Positions 36,266 to 49,693 of a stretch of DNA of 64,000 bases are shown piece by piece. The position numbers and the translations under genes were made by a program. Source of the stretch: Squalus acanthias (lineage: Eukaryota); NCBI GenBank assembly GCA_030390025.1, contig CM059431.1, forward strand, positions 104,286,001-104,350,000, in the 5' to 3' direction. Below the pieces are notes generated by a model, which was not told the origin of the DNA, ran no database searches, and worked only from the letters and a program-made list of their open reading frames with translations. The number at the start of each line of letters is the position of its first letter. Position 1 is the stretch's first letter.

Positions 36266-36530
36266 GGCCCCGATTTTAACTCCAGGTGGATTCCCCCACT
36301 CAGGCCTGAGTTAAAATCACAGTCGGGCCTCAGTGATGTAATCGGGCCGCAACGCGCAGAGGTGAAGAAGGACCCTGTTGGCTCCAGGCGCTTGTCCTTG
36401 CCGCCTGCTCAGGAGAGCAGGTTAAAATTGCAGATGTTGCGATCATCACGGCGGCTTTCGGACAGGTGAGAGCCGGGGGGCGATTTTAACTGCCCGCCCG
36501 CCAGGTTTCTGCCGAGCGAGTTGGGTTAAT
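36266..36530. mobile_element. Short GATTTTAAC/GTTAAAAT-motif MITE-like element
   Basis: Starts GGCCCCGATTTTAAC; repeated inverted TTTTAAC/GTTAAAA motifs. Confidence 0.5.
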
Positions 36531-37159
36531 TCATTGTATTTTGTTAACAAGTAAAGCACACCACTATTATATTTCTTACGGTTTGACAGTTCTTACCGTT
36601 GTTGCTGAAGGACAATTGCAAAGAGTCTGGAGTGACATTAGCAATCATGTATCACATACCACTGTGACATCTTTATCACTGCTGGACTATGCAATCATAT
36701 GATTCACTGTAAAGTGGAACAGGTATATTTTTCTCAGTTTATTGAGTGTATAATGAATGCTATTATATCTTAAACTGTGCTTAATATGCTATTGTGTTCT
36801 CATTCTAGCAAGTGAAATGCATTATACATCAATGTTTTTGAAATATTAGTTCTGTTATTGCTGTTTCGACCATCATACCTCATACTGTGCTGGTATATTA
36901 TACTTACGGTGCCATTTATATTGTGCACATAATTCAGTCTGTTACATCAGTACTTTTTAACCAGCAATTTATAGATCGATGTTTCCCACTCAAGCTGGGA
37001 TTTTTTTATATAAAGGAGGGATAAATTTAACTCAAGCTGTCATCTTGTGCATTCATTTGGAGTTTTTAAGATTTGGAGTTTGATAGTGTGATTTGTCTCT
37101 TCAAGGTACAAAATTTATCGTGATACTTTAGATATTTTTAGAGAGGAGACATGGAATCA

Positions 37160-37912
37160 AACAACAACAACAACAACTTGTATTTATATAGTGCCTTTAA
37201 CGTAGTAAAACGTCCCAAGGTGCTTCACAGCAGTATTATAAGACAAAAAATTTTACACCCTGCCACATAAGGAGAAATTAGGGCAGGTGACCAAAAGCTT
37301 GGTCAAAGAGGTAGGTTTTAAGGAACGTCTTAAAGGAGGAAAGAGAGGTAGTGAGGTGGAGAGGTTTAGGCGGGGAATTCCAGAGCTTAGGGCCAGGGCA
37401 ACAGAAGACACGGCCACCAATGGTTGAGCGATTATAATCAGGATGCTCAAGAGGGCAGAATTAGAGGAGCCCAGATATCTCGCGGGGGTTGTGGGTGCTG
37501 AAGGAGATTACAAGGATAGGCATAGGGAGGGGCGCAGCCATGGAAGGATTTGAAAACAAGGATGAGAATTTTGAAATCGTGGCGCTGCTTAACCGGGAGC
37601 CAATGTAGGTCAGCGAGCACAGGGGAGATGGGCGAACGGGACTTGGTGCGAGTTAGGACACGGGCAGCCGAATTTTGGATGACCTCAAGTTTATGTAGGG
37701 TGGAATGTGGGAGGCCAGCCAGGAGTGCGTTGGAATAGTCAAGTCTGGAGGTAACAAAGGCATGGATGAGGGTTTCAGCAGCAGATGAGCTGAGGCAAGG
37801 GCGGAGACGAGCGATGTTACGGAGGTGGAAATAGGCGGTCTTAGTTATGCTGCGGATATGTGGTCGGAAGCTCATTTCAGGGTCAAATATAGCACCAAGG
37901 TTGCGAACAGTG
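37160..37912 (-). mobile_element. L2 LINE 3' fragment
   Basis: VRNLGAIFD..LIHAFVTSRLDYSNALL..IQNSAAR..LHWLPV; (CAA)n tail. Confidence 0.92.
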
Positions 37913-38555
37913 TGATCCAATTTTAACTGCCCCAGGCTGGGGGAGTGGGAGTGGGGGGGGGCAGTGAAAAAGAGGCCAATCACTTACCCCCTCCGTTCCC
38001 GCTGCCTTCCCCCCTCCCGCGTCCCGATATTAACCTGCTCTTTTGCGCAGGCGAGCGGGGACACCCACAGGAAGGGAGCGGGATCCTACTTTAAATATGC
38101 GGATGGTGTCATCAGGACACGAGCTGTGATTTTAGTGGGAGGCCTGGGCGGAGGGGCAGAGGCAATTTCCCCGTCAGGCAAACCCAGAAGGTAAGTTTTA
38201 GAGTTCTAGTTTAGGTTTCAATTAAGAAGAGACTTGCCTCTTGAATCGCAGTCTCTGGCTGGACGTGTTCCTGCAGGTTTCACCACACGACCTCCCATCT
38301 CCAACCGCCCTCGCCCGGTCACACAGGCTTCTTTTCCCATCCCCCAATGTTTTTATAACTAGTAAACGAAAGCGTTCAAAGACAATGGGGGGGGGGGGGG
38401 AAACACAATTTATTTTGAAGATCCCCCAATGATTTTGCTCCTAGCTAGGCAACCCTAGTTGGCTCCCACAGTCTGTGGCTTTTTCCAGACTCTGCTATTT
38501 TCTAAATAGAGAGGTCGCACAACACCAGGTTATAGTCCAACAGTTTTATTTGAAA

Positions 38556-38598
38556 TCACAAGCTTTCGGAGCTATCGATTTGCTCCTTCCTCAGGTGA
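38556..38598 (-). ncRNA. Minimal hammerhead motif in a short Penelope-like terminus (38510-38601)
   Basis: TCAC-CTGAGGA-AGGAGC..GCTCC-GAAA-GCTT-GTGA. Confidence 0.6.
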
Positions 38599-38679
38599 AG
38601 TAAATTAGATACAGAATCTCCAAAGCATATATAGATGGAAAACAAAGCATGTGTTCTAAATAGACAGGAATTCCAAGAT

Positions 38680-39157
38680 AACAACAGAAAACGCTGGACA
38701 AACTCAGCAGGCCAGGCAGCATCCGCGGAGAGAGAAACAGAGTTAACGTTTCAGGTCGAAGACCTTTCGTCAGAACTGGAAAAAAGCAGGAAATGAAATA
38801 GATTTAAAGCAAGGATAAAGCTGGGAAAAGGGGGAGGGGATGAAAGAACAAAAGGAGAGATTAAGAGACATTGAGAGACATTAAGAGATGATCAAGGCAA
38901 GAGGAGGTGTTAATGCGACAGGTTGAGGCTAAATGAAGTGTGAAATGCACTGGCAGAATGAAGGACAGCTGCCAGCTTCTGGGAGGAAAAAAAAGGGGGG
39001 GAGTGCAAACAAAAGGGTGGTAGAAAAAATAAAATATAAATGTGATAGGGGCTAAGGTTATGATCTGAAATTGTTGAACTCTATGTTGAGTCCACAGGAC
39101 TGTAGGGTGCCTAAATGAAAGATGAGGTGCTGTGCCTCGAGCTTACGCTGAGCTTCC
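38680..39157 (-). mobile_element. Penelope-like element 3' fragment (second family), hammerhead motif at 38741-38777
   Basis: KLEAQHLIFHLGTLQSCGLNIEFNNFR (GIY-YIG C-terminus); AGTT-CTGACGA-AAGGTC..GACCT-GAAA-CGTT-AACT. Confidence 0.75.
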
Positions 39158-39454
39158 AAGACGTGAGCTTTGATCTTTCCAAGCTCCCCATGTCTGGAAT
39201 TGAATGGATGATCTGTCCTTCAGACCAGCTACCTATAATCAGACAACTCCCACATGGCTTGTTCAGCTAAGAGCCCTCACCGTGCTCTGTGATGATATTA
39301 TATTCAATTTTCATTCAGGAATATGTTAAGGAAACGCATTGTCAAAAACTGATGAGGTATGTGAGAAGAAACATTTTGCCCAGCCTTTTCATCTGGATCC
39401 AATCCACATTCCTAAATGCGCTGTGAGGATTTAATCACCTGTATAATGAATTTA

Positions 39455-39905
39455 TCTTGGTACCGGGGATGAGGGACTTCAGTTATGTGGAGAGACGACA
39501 GAAGCTGGGATTGTTCTCCTCAGAGCAGAGAAGGTTATGGGCAGATTTAATAGAGATGTTTAAAATTATAAAGGGTTTTAATAAAGTAAATAAGGAGACA
39601 CTGTTTCCACTGGCAGGAGGGTCGGTAACCAGGGGATACAGATTTAAAATAATTGGCAAAAGAACCAGAGGTGAGATGAGGAGAATTTTTTTTACACAAC
39701 GAGTTGTTGTGATCTGGAACGCGCTGCCTGAAGCAGATTCAACCGTAACTTTCAAAAGTGGATTGGATAAACACTTGAAGAGGAAAAATTTGCAGGGGCT
39801 ATGGTGAAAGAGCAGCGGGGTGTGGGACTAATTGGAGAGCTCTTTCAAAGAGCCGGCACAGGTATGATGGGCTGTGTGGCCTCCTTCTGTGCGGTATGAT
39901 TCGAT
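39455..39905 (+). mobile_element. CR1 3' fragment
   Basis: LGLFSSEQRRL..DLIEMFKI..FFTQRVV..WNALP. Confidence 0.88.
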
Positions 39906-40419
39906 GAGACTTTCCTTTTCAGTGTTGGTCAGTGAAGCATCAGCTCGCTGGAGGAAAGATTAAAAACCAGACTGACTCTGTCAAAGGTTGCGTGATCCTC
40001 CCTGACTGACACCCCTCCTCGTGCACAGCTCAGCTGGTGCCTCACGGAATAAAGCAACAACATCTGCACCGCTCCTTTAACCAGGTGGCCCCAGGCCTTT
40101 TCTATCTTTCGGAACCATCTCGTGATGTTAACTGAGTGGGTTAAATCAGTTTCTTAAAAAAAAACACTGCTAGTCATTTCTCTCTAAAAGAAATGAAATC
40201 CAGCCTCAGTTGTAATTCGTGCATTTGAGTCACTCTGAATGGAACATTCTATTTGTTTTTCTTTTTTATCATTTATACATCTGGAATTTAGCAAGAGGAC
40301 TCGTGCTGTGGACTTTTTATTTTGGAAAGACAAAATGACAGCCAGCAACATATGGATATGAAAATAACAGTGCACTGCTCCTTTGCTGTGATGGCAATAG
40401 AAGGCAATTGATTTGAAGG

Positions 40420-40620
40420 AACTGAAAATGCTGAAACACTCAGCAGGCCAGGCAGCATCCGTGGAGAGAGAAACAGAGTCAACGTTTCAGGTCCGGGACC
40501 CTCGAAGGGTCTGAAACGTTAACTCTGTTTCTCTCTCCACGGACGCTGCCTGGCCTGCCGAGTGTTTCCAGCGTTTTCAGTTGTTATTTTCGGATTTCCA
40601 GCATCCGCAGTGTTTTGCTA
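40420..40620. repeat. ~70-bp-arm inverted repeat formed by two Penelope-like termini
   Basis: 40420-40490 is inverted at 40511-40582. Confidence 0.75.
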
Positions 40621-41659
40621 TTGTAATTGATTTGAAGGTATTGAATGAGAGCAGGGAGAATTATTTCTAACAATGAAGTTGCAGCAAACCTTCAACAGAA
40701 TGCGGAAGGAAAAGAACCGTATAATCCAGCTATAATTATGATTGATGAATAACAAGATGCAGTACTAACAGAAAATCCAATTTGTTCTTGACAATTTTTT
40801 CCCTGACCTGTCATTCAGTATCTGCAAAAATCATTGAATGGCTGACTTCAACGGAGAATACAAGTGCTTTTCATCCAGTTTACCCACAGCTGTTGTACCT
40901 GATGCTCAGGTCCCATTATTCCACTCGACGTTATGAAGTTTGAAAGGCAAACTGTTGCCTTGGGTTACAAGTTTACAAACGAGAGCATGTTCGATTATTG
41001 TTCCTGAAAGGGTAAAAGTGACATTTCTTGCAACAGAACTGTGTGTTAGCATTGTTAACCTTACAATGGGTAAATATTTCCCCCAAATTGTTGAAGCTTA
41101 CACAGTCGCTACTGGTTTCAACAATATGGGATTAGCTGCTCTGTGACGCGTCATTTTTCTGCTCATTAAAAGGAATGAATGGGCAAATGCGGTCTGGGGA
41201 GCAAAAGAGACAGAAAATCTTGCTTGGATTTGCAAAGGAAAACTGTAACATAAGAAGTAGGAGCAGGAGTAGGCCATACGGCCCCTCAAGCCTGCTCCGC
41301 CATTCAATAAGACGATGGCTGATCTTCAACCTCAACTCCACCTTCCCGCACTATCCCCATATCCCTGATTCCCGAACAACCCCACTCAGCTGAGCTATTC
41401 GCACCTTGGATTGAATTAAACACCTTTACAGGATGGGTTTTGATTGCGGATAAATGCGTGTTGGATTAGGGAACGTGGAACATGCGTACAAGGGGGAGAG
41501 GTGTGCTTCAGAACAGGAATGGGGCGCCATTGATCATCCATTGAAAGGATCCAGTCTACGGCCTTCAATCACATTCTGCAGAAGATAAGAAAGATTAAAC
41601 CGTTATGCGAGAGGTTAGGCTGGGAGTTACCAGAGACAGCTTCAGTGGATGAACACGTG

Positions 41660-42870
41660 AGCCCCAGTTTTAACTCTGGGCGGGAATTGGGCGGGTGACA
41701 AATCATCCAGACCTCGGCAACTCGGCAGATTTGATCTCTGGAGCAGCACCTGCCTGGCCTCCAGTCAGTTTTCTGCCCAAACCGGCAGGAGTCAGCAGAT
41801 TGCCAGAACGCGGGGTTGGGGGGGGGGGATGGGGGGAAATGTCGGGCGGAGGGAAGGAACAGCGCAGGGAGGTTTTTTTGGGGAAGGCTGCGCGATCGGG
41901 GGTGGTGGGTGGATGGGAGGGGTGGGTGGGGGGCAGGGTTTGGGGGGGCAACCAGGAACACACGGCAAGGGAGGCCTAAACTTTCATGTTGGAGCCTGGA
42001 GCAGCAATCCTGCTCCTCCCGACCCCACAGGGAAAGTAAATATACGCAACAAGACTGCGCAAATTGGCTGCCGCGTTTCGCACATTACAACAGTGACTAC
42101 ACGTCAAAAATAATTCATTGGTTGTAAAGCGCATTGAGACGTCCGGTGGTCGTGAAAGGTGTTGTATAAATGCAAGTCTTTCTTTTTCTTTTTCCTCTTT
42201 AGGCCTCTTCTGGCCCCGACTGCTCTTCCTGCTAGGTGGACCTGGAGAGAAAGACACAACTACATCTCCACTCAGGCCCATGATTAAAATAGCAGTCAGA
42301 CTCCAATAATGATCTCCAAGAAGATCGCGCATATCGACACAGACATCACTCTGCCACATTAGACCCCCTGTGACCCCACCTCATTGTCTTTGTTGTATTT
42401 TGCTATCGTCTTTTATGTAATGTCTTCCTGGTTGGATTTGATTGCCGTGATTGTCTCTCTGCCGAGGTGTGATAAAAGGCAGTCAGAAAGATTAACTGTA
42501 GTCGTCTGGCATTGTTCTCTGCACAGGCATTGTTCTCTGTCTATATATGCTGTGCCCATTTGTATTTCTTCACTTCACCTGACGAAGGAGCAGCCGCTCC
42601 GAAAGCTTGTGATTTCAAATAAAACTGTAGGACTATAACCTGGTGTTGTGCGACTTCTCACTTTTGTAGACTCCAATAATGTCACTGGAGATCAATCTGC
42701 ATATGTAAAGGAGGACCCCGGCTGTTTCTGAGGGGGTGCCTTTCTTGCATGCTCAGAAGAGCAGACGGAAATCGCGGCCTGGTGGTTTGGTGAGGAATGC
42801 TGAGAGCTGAGTCCACTGGGCGATCTTAACTGTCCACCTGCCTGTTTTCCGCTAGGTTAAAATGGCAGCC
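41660..42870. mobile_element. TTTTAAC-motif DNA element with nested DeuSINE tail (42053-42190) and Penelope-like fragment (42360-42668; hammerhead 42575-42612)
   Basis: AGACTCCAATAAT occurs both before (~42298) and after (~42668) the Penelope-like piece; homology to 27679-27980. Confidence 0.55.
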
Positions 42871-43580
42871 TTCAGGGAGGAACTGGATGGATGCTTGAGG
42901 GGGAAAAGGTTGGAGGGGTGTGGGGAGGGAGCAGGGGCTGGGACTGGCTGGATTGCTCTTCGGGGGAGCTGGCGCAGGCTCAATGGGCCGAATGGCCTCC
43001 TCCTGTGCTGTACTATTCAATGATTCTACTGTGCAGAGTTCTGGTCTCCATACTATAAAAAGGACATAGATGCATTGGAGAAAGTGAAAAAAAAGATTTA
43101 CAAGGACGGCACCAGAACTAATCGATTACAGCTGTCAGGAATGATTGAGCAGGTTGGGGATTTTTTCTTTAGAAAAGAGAAGACTTCAAGGTGTCTTGAT
43201 AGGGGTCTTTAAAGTTATGACAGGGTTGGACAGGGTAGATGTGGAGAGGATGTTCCACTTGTGGGGGAGACCAAAACCAGGGGCCAAAATATAAGATAGT
43301 TCCTAATAAATCCAATAGGTAATTCAGGAGAAACTTATTTACCAGAGAGTGGTGAGAATGCGGAACTCGCTATCAGAGGAAGTGGTTGAGGCAAATAGCT
43401 TGGGTGCTTTCAAAAGGAAACTAGACGAGTACATGAGAGAAAAGGGAATAGAAAGATATGCTGAAAGGCTGAAATGAGGCAGATGGAATGGGAGGAGACT
43501 CGTGTGGAGTATAAACACCAGCACAGACTAGTTGGGCTAAATGGCCTGTTTCTGTGCTGTATATTCTATGTAATTCTATC
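42871..43580 (+). mobile_element. Two tandem CR1 3' fragments
   Basis: Two CR1 tails (GGGCCGAATGGCCT..TTCTA) at ~43020 and ~43575. Confidence 0.75.
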
Positions 43581-44054
43581 TAAAAAAAAAATCACCCCTT
43601 TAGTCTTCTGCCAGTCCACTATTTTAATTGAGGCACTAACTCGTTTAAAATAGTGGGCAGAGAAATGTCATCCAAGCACTTCAAGCATTTGCCTGTTAAT
43701 ATCTGCCAAGAGTAATTTCTAGACTTGTATTTCCCATATAGTTGCGAAGATGTGAAAGAGACAACCGCCAGCATCACTTAACGCTGTGCCAATTAGTCTC
43801 TTTGAAATAAAGTGGGAAGTTTATCTGGTTAGGAAGGTGATTGAAGGTTACAGAGATAAGCAGATATCTTGCGACAGAATGGATTACAACGATTCCTGAG
43901 CTGCTTAGACATGGCAACCAACCAGTCCATTGATGACTCATGTAGATTATGAGGTTAGATAGATACGCTGGAGTTTTAGTTGATTATCTTTGAAGGACAG
44001 GAGGAAAGGTCACTGCATCATCTTTCCAAAGAATAAATAATTTAAGTAGTTCAG

Positions 44055-44497
44055 AGAATCATAGAAATTTACGGCACAGAAGGAGGCCATTCGGACCATC
44101 GTGTCAGCGCCGGCCAAAAATGAGCGATCCACCCTAATCCCACTTTCCAGCTCTTGGTCCGTAGCCCTGTAGGTTACGGCACTTCAAGTGCACATCCAAG
44201 TACTTTTTAAATGTGATGAGGGTTTCTGCCTCTACCACCCTTTCAGGCAGTGAGCTCCAGACCCCCAAACACCCTCTGGGTGAAAAAAGTTCTCCACAAC
44301 TCCCCTCTAATCCTTCTACCAATTACTTTAAATCTATGCCCCCTGGTTATTGTCCTCACTGCTAAGGGAAATAGGTCCTTCCTATCCACTCTATCTAGGC
44401 CCCTCATAATTTTATACACCTCAATCAAGTCGTCCTCAGCCTCCTCTGTTCCAAAGAAAACAACCCCAGCCTATCCAAACTTTCCTCATAGCTAAAA
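44055..44497 (-). mobile_element. CR1 3' fragment
   Basis: IEVYKIMRGLDRVDRKDLFPL..TRGHRFK..FFTQRV. Confidence 0.85.
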
Positions 44498-45559
44498 GTC
44501 CATGCTAGGACAAATTTTGTCCACGACCTGTGGAAGGAATGAGCGGGATGGGCGGGTGAATCAAGTTTCCTCATTCTATGTATTCTGAATGCAGTGACTG
44601 ATTAGTAATGCAGGGCTGCTATCATTAGGAAAGCATTAACGTGCTTCAGATGTTGTCATTTATATCTATTAAAGTAGCGTGCATCTTGCATCAGACTAAT
44701 GCTCCCTGTCATGCAAAATGCAGATAGGTTCCTATAGAGAACACCTCTTACTACCTGGAGAGAATGGGTTTGAATATTGACTTCATAAAAGAAAGAGAAC
44801 TTGAATTAAAATGAATGCTTTGCACCATGATATCAGCCAGCCAGTCTGAAAAGAAAGCATTTCAGTCAGATTGAAGTAGAAGTCCTTTAAGCTTTGAATC
44901 AAAAAGCAGAGGACTAACATCTATGGTACAAATAACCCAATAGAGAACAGATGAAAGCCATGCCTTTTTATTTAGATATGAGTCACTGCGGAATATTTAC
45001 ACTTCAAAGTTACATTTAAAGTCTATTAAATACACTGAGATCCTTTGCCACCGTGCATTATGTAAATGATTTTGGCTGCAGCCTTTGTGACAAATGAGAG
45101 AGTTAGTGGGCGATAAGGTACAGTTTCAGCTTGGTATTATTTGTGTCAGTCAAAACGCAGCTAGCCAGCAGGAGCTTTGGTTCATCTCATTGAACAGTCT
45201 AAAATCGCAGAGTCTTAAATTGTGCCGAAAAGTTGAGGAAAAAGATAGCAACGACACTAAAAATGAGTTAAAATTCCCCATAACTTAGCAGGGCTAAAAT
45301 TGGTCTTCGACCAAAAAATAAAGCGAGAAGCAGGCGATGGCAAATCGGCAGCCCATTCTACCGTTGACTAGAAGGGAAAAGAAAATTGGCCGCGGTGTGA
45401 AACGGGCTGCCGATTCACTCTCGCCCATTTTGCATTTTCGCCTCGACAATTTCATCCAATCAGTAGATAAGCTATGCTCGGGTGTCAGCAGTGGCTCAAT
45501 GGTAGCACTGTCTCCTCTGAGTCAGAAGGTCGGGGGTTCAAGTTCCACGCCAGTGACAT

Positions 45560-47258
45560 ATGCCACGATTTCGCCTGACGAGGCGGGTCCGGGGCGGCCG
45601 GGGTCGGTGGCAGGGTGCGACCACACTGCTGGCTCCATCCCACTCTGTGAAAAGAATTTTACGCTGATTGGGCTTGTTAAGCCCGCCCAGCGCGTTTGAC
45701 AGCCAATTGAAGGAAGCAGGTCTGATGACGTCACTTGATGACGCGTCATCAGCCGGTTTCCTTAAAGAGACCATGCCCAAATTGATTTTGACAGTTGTGC
45801 TGTCAGTGTTCTCCAGCATTGAGGTGCTGCAAACACTGACAAGCACTGCACAAAGGTGCACAGCTGCACCCAGGCTCTCCCATGACTCCCTCCATATGCT
45901 TATGGAGGGAGTCACAGCACGCAGGGAGGTCCTCTTCCCTTCCCATGGGCAGAAGAGACCTCCCCAGGAGATCAACACAGCCTGGTTGCACATTCCACAG
46001 GAGGACACAAGCAGGGATGCCGTCTGGAGGACCAGGCTGCAGTGGTGCAAGCCTTTCAATGATCTCAGTAGATCACAAAATGTTACTGCAAAGTCACACT
46101 CAACTTCATCCTGCTGTGCCTCTCATCACATCTACATCACTCTGCCTTCCCTACCCTATTCCTGTACATCTTTACTCACACCAACTTACCTTGCACCGCC
46201 ACCCATCCCTCTCTATCTACATTATCACTTCCCCATCTCACTAGCCACCCCTCACACTCACCCTCATCCTAGTGCAATCATACCAACTAACAACAAACAA
46301 GGGTAGGCACTTGGGTGTTTTAGCCAATGTTCATGTGAAGTTTCTGTTAATGTGTTCTTGGACAGATTTGTGTGCACCTTTGGAAGTGGCTGAGTGAGTT
46401 GCAGTGAATGGTGAGACATAACGGTTTCCCCCCGCAATGGTGATAAGTGTGAAAGGAATGGCTTGGGCATTGTAGGGATGCTTTATGGTGTTGCTTTGGG
46501 GTGGTGCCAACCTGGCGCATCATGTGGCAGCCAGGGTCTACAGCGTCAAGTGAAGTAAATCTGGCCATGGTGAGGCCATCCCTGGCCTCCCGGGAAGCAA
46601 TGTGGTCGGGTGCTGATGCCCTGTGTCCTGTGCAGCATCAATTGACTGCGGAGAAGGTTGGTGTTGTTGTTGGTGCTGCTGATGTTGGGGCTGATCGTGG
46701 TGGGATTCTGAGGACCAAGGTGATATCTTTTCAAGGGAACCGATGCTGTTGCAATAGATGGCAGGTGAGGTTGAGATCACAGAAGCGATCTGTCAATGGT
46801 GAGAGAGGTTGTTCCAATGAGGTGACACTTGACAACGAGTTGGCTCCAAACACTTGCAAGCTGCTTAAAGCTTCCAAATGCAGTAAGCTACAGCTTCTGA
46901 GCTTGGAAAGTGAACAACTATGAAATGGAAGCTTTTATAGACCATTTGCAGCTGTCAAGTTTAGAAATCATCACATGCTGATTCAACACCCGACCTCCTT
47001 ACCTGACGTGATCCCTGAGCAGCGGGGAAGCCGTTGGCGAACTCTAAAAATCTTAAAGGTGAGCTTAAAATACTAGTTAATTGCCTCTTAACAATCCAGC
47101 TAATGATGTAAATTGCCTCTGCGATGACAGACCTAACATCTGGGAGACTAGCGTGGAGGCGGGTTGACAGCGGGTTCCCTACCCGCTGTCAACAAAAAAC
47201 ATTATCCCTCCTGACCCGCCACCAAACGCGCCCCCTGACCCCCTGAAAAATTCCGGCC
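45560..47258 (+). mobile_element. Internally deleted Harbinger (Myb-like exon remnant ~45836-46070 plus transposase 5' remnant ~46500-46735)
   Basis: AAPRLSHDSLHMLMEGVTARREVLFP..QWCKPFNDL; strong homology to 57655-61560; right end AAAATTCCGGCC matches the TIR at 57655. Confidence 0.75.
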
Positions 47259-47484
47259 TGAAGCACAACATCCCTGACACTCCCAGAGTGGTACTGAGAG
47301 AGTGATGCGCTGCCGTTAAACCGAGGCCCCGTCTGCTCTTTCAGTTGGATGTAAAAGATCCCATGGCAGTATTTCGAAGAAGAGCAGGCGAGTTTTCCCC
47401 GGTGTCCTGGCCAATATTTATCCCTCAATCAACACCTAAAGAAAAACAGATTATCTGGTCATTAGCACATTGCTCTTTGTGGGA

Positions 47485-48059
47485 CAACAACAGGAAATGC
47501 TGGAAACACTCAGCAGGTCAGGCAGCATCGTGGAGAGAGAAACAGAGTTAACGTTTCAGGTCGATGACCCTTCGTCAGAACTGGAAAAAGTTGGAGAAGT
47601 AACAGATTTTTAACCAAGTGTAGGGGCAAGGAAAGGGAGGAGGGGAGGAAAGAACAAAAGGGAAGGTCTATGATAGGGTGGAAGGCAGGAGAGATTAAAA
47701 GACAAAAGGGATGATGGTGCAAGGCAAAAGGAGATGGTAATGGGACAAGATAAGAAACAGAAGATGACTCTAGATGAGGTGTAAATGGCAATGGCAGAAT
47801 CATCAAAAAGAAAACATAGGGGCCAAGGTTATAGTCTGAAATTGTTGAACTCGATTTTGAGTCCAGAAGACTGTAAAGTGCCCAATCGAATGATGAGGTG
47901 CTGTTCCTCGAGCTTACATTGAGCTCCGTTGGAACAGTGTAAGAGGCCGAGGACGGAGAGATCTGAGTGGGAGCGGAGCGGAGAATTAAAATGACAGGCG
48001 ACCGGAAGCTCGGGGTCATGCTTACGGACTGAACGGAAGTGTTCCGCAAAGCGGTCGCC
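47485..48059 (-). mobile_element. Penelope-like element 3' fragment with GIY-YIG C-terminus; hammerhead motif at 47546-47582
   Basis: GDRFAEHFRSVRKHDPELPVACHFNS..LEEQHLIIRLGTLQSSGLKIEFNNFRL* (stop 47829-47831). Confidence 0.82.
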
Positions 48060-49693
48060 TGCTTCAGCCTGTACACCCTTTTAAAAAAACAAATCTGTGT
48101 GCATGCACTAAGCATGCTCTTCCCAGTTTCATCTAGCTGAAGGGGAGCCAGAACGGTATGCTTGTCATTATTTTTGCGTTGTGGGGTCAGGAGGTTGCAG
48201 GGTTCCAACAAAAATAACGTAGCTCTGTCCTGCACAAGGTCCCTGGCCCCCTCCACGAATGACCAAAATTTGCACCCACCTATGGCAGGTGTATTGAAAT
48301 TGTTATAAAGAGGTTTACAATTTCCCCATATACGAGACTCAGAAGAAATTGTCACCCAACGTTAACGACTTAACAACTGACAACGTACTGTATAACCAAT
48401 TACAATTTTGTGCACCAATAATCTGCAAGCCTAAAACTCTCGCTTTGCCAGTGAAGTGGCCTGCTCACAATAACAATCTCTAACGTAAATAAAATAAGAC
48501 CTGCATTTATATAGCGCCTTTCATGACCACCGGACATCTCAAAGCGCTTTACAGCTGATGAAGTACTTTTGGAGTGCAGTCACTGTTGTAATGTGGGAAA
48601 CGCAGCAGCCAATTTGCGCACAGCAAGCTCCCACAAACAGCAATGTGATAATGATCAGACAATCTGTTTTTAGTGAGGATGGTTGAGATACAAATATTGG
48701 CCAGGACACCTGGGAGAACTCATAGAAACATAGAAACATAGAAGATAGGAGCAGGAGTAGGCCACTCGGCCTCTCTAGCCTGCTCCACCATTCAATGCGA
48801 TCATGGCTGATCATCCAAATTCAGAACCCTGTCCCTGCTTTCTCCCCATATCCCTTGATCCCTTTAGCCTTAAGAAATATATCCACCTCCTTCTTGAATA
48901 TATTTAATGAATTGGCCTCTACTGCCTTCTGTGGTAGAGAATTCCACAGGTTCACCACTCTCTGGGTGAAGAAATTCCTCCTCATTTCTGTCCTAAATGG
49001 CTTACCCCTTATCCTTAGACTGTAACCTCTTGTTCTGGACTCCCCTGCCATCGGGAACATCCTTCCTGCATCTAGTCTGTCCAGTCCTTTCAGAATTTTA
49101 TAAGTTTCAATGAGATCCCCGCTCATTCTTCTAAACTCCAGCGAGTATAAGCCCAATCGACCCAATCTCTCTTCATACGTCATTCCTGCCATCCCAGGTA
49201 TCAGCCTGGTGAATCTTCGCTGAACTCCTTCCATGGCAAGAACCTGCTTCCTCAGATAAGGCGACCAAAACTGCACACAATACTCAAGATGTGGTCTCAC
49301 CAAGGCCCTGTACAACTGCAGCAGGACATCCTTGTTCCTGTACTCAAACCCTCTCGCTACGAAGGCCAACATACCATTTGCCTTCTTAACCGCCTGCTGC
49401 ACCTGCATGCTTACCTTCAGCGACTGGTGCACAAGGACACCCAGGTCTCGTTGCACTTCCCCTTCTCCCAATCTATTGCCATTCAGATAATAATCTGCCT
49501 TCCTGTTTTTGACACCAAAGTGGATAACCTCACATTTATCCATGTTATATTGCATCTGCCATGCTTCTGCCCAATCATACAACCTGTCCAAATCATCCTG
49601 GAGTTTCTCGGCATCCTCCTCACAGCCCACCCAGCTTTGTGTCGTCAGCAAACTTGGAGATATTACATCTAGTTCCCTTGTCTAGATCATTAA

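Noticed and set aside
47510..48355. 281-aa minus-strand ORF
   Set aside because: Off-frame read across a Penelope-like fragment and its flank; the real GIY-YIG remnant is in another frame
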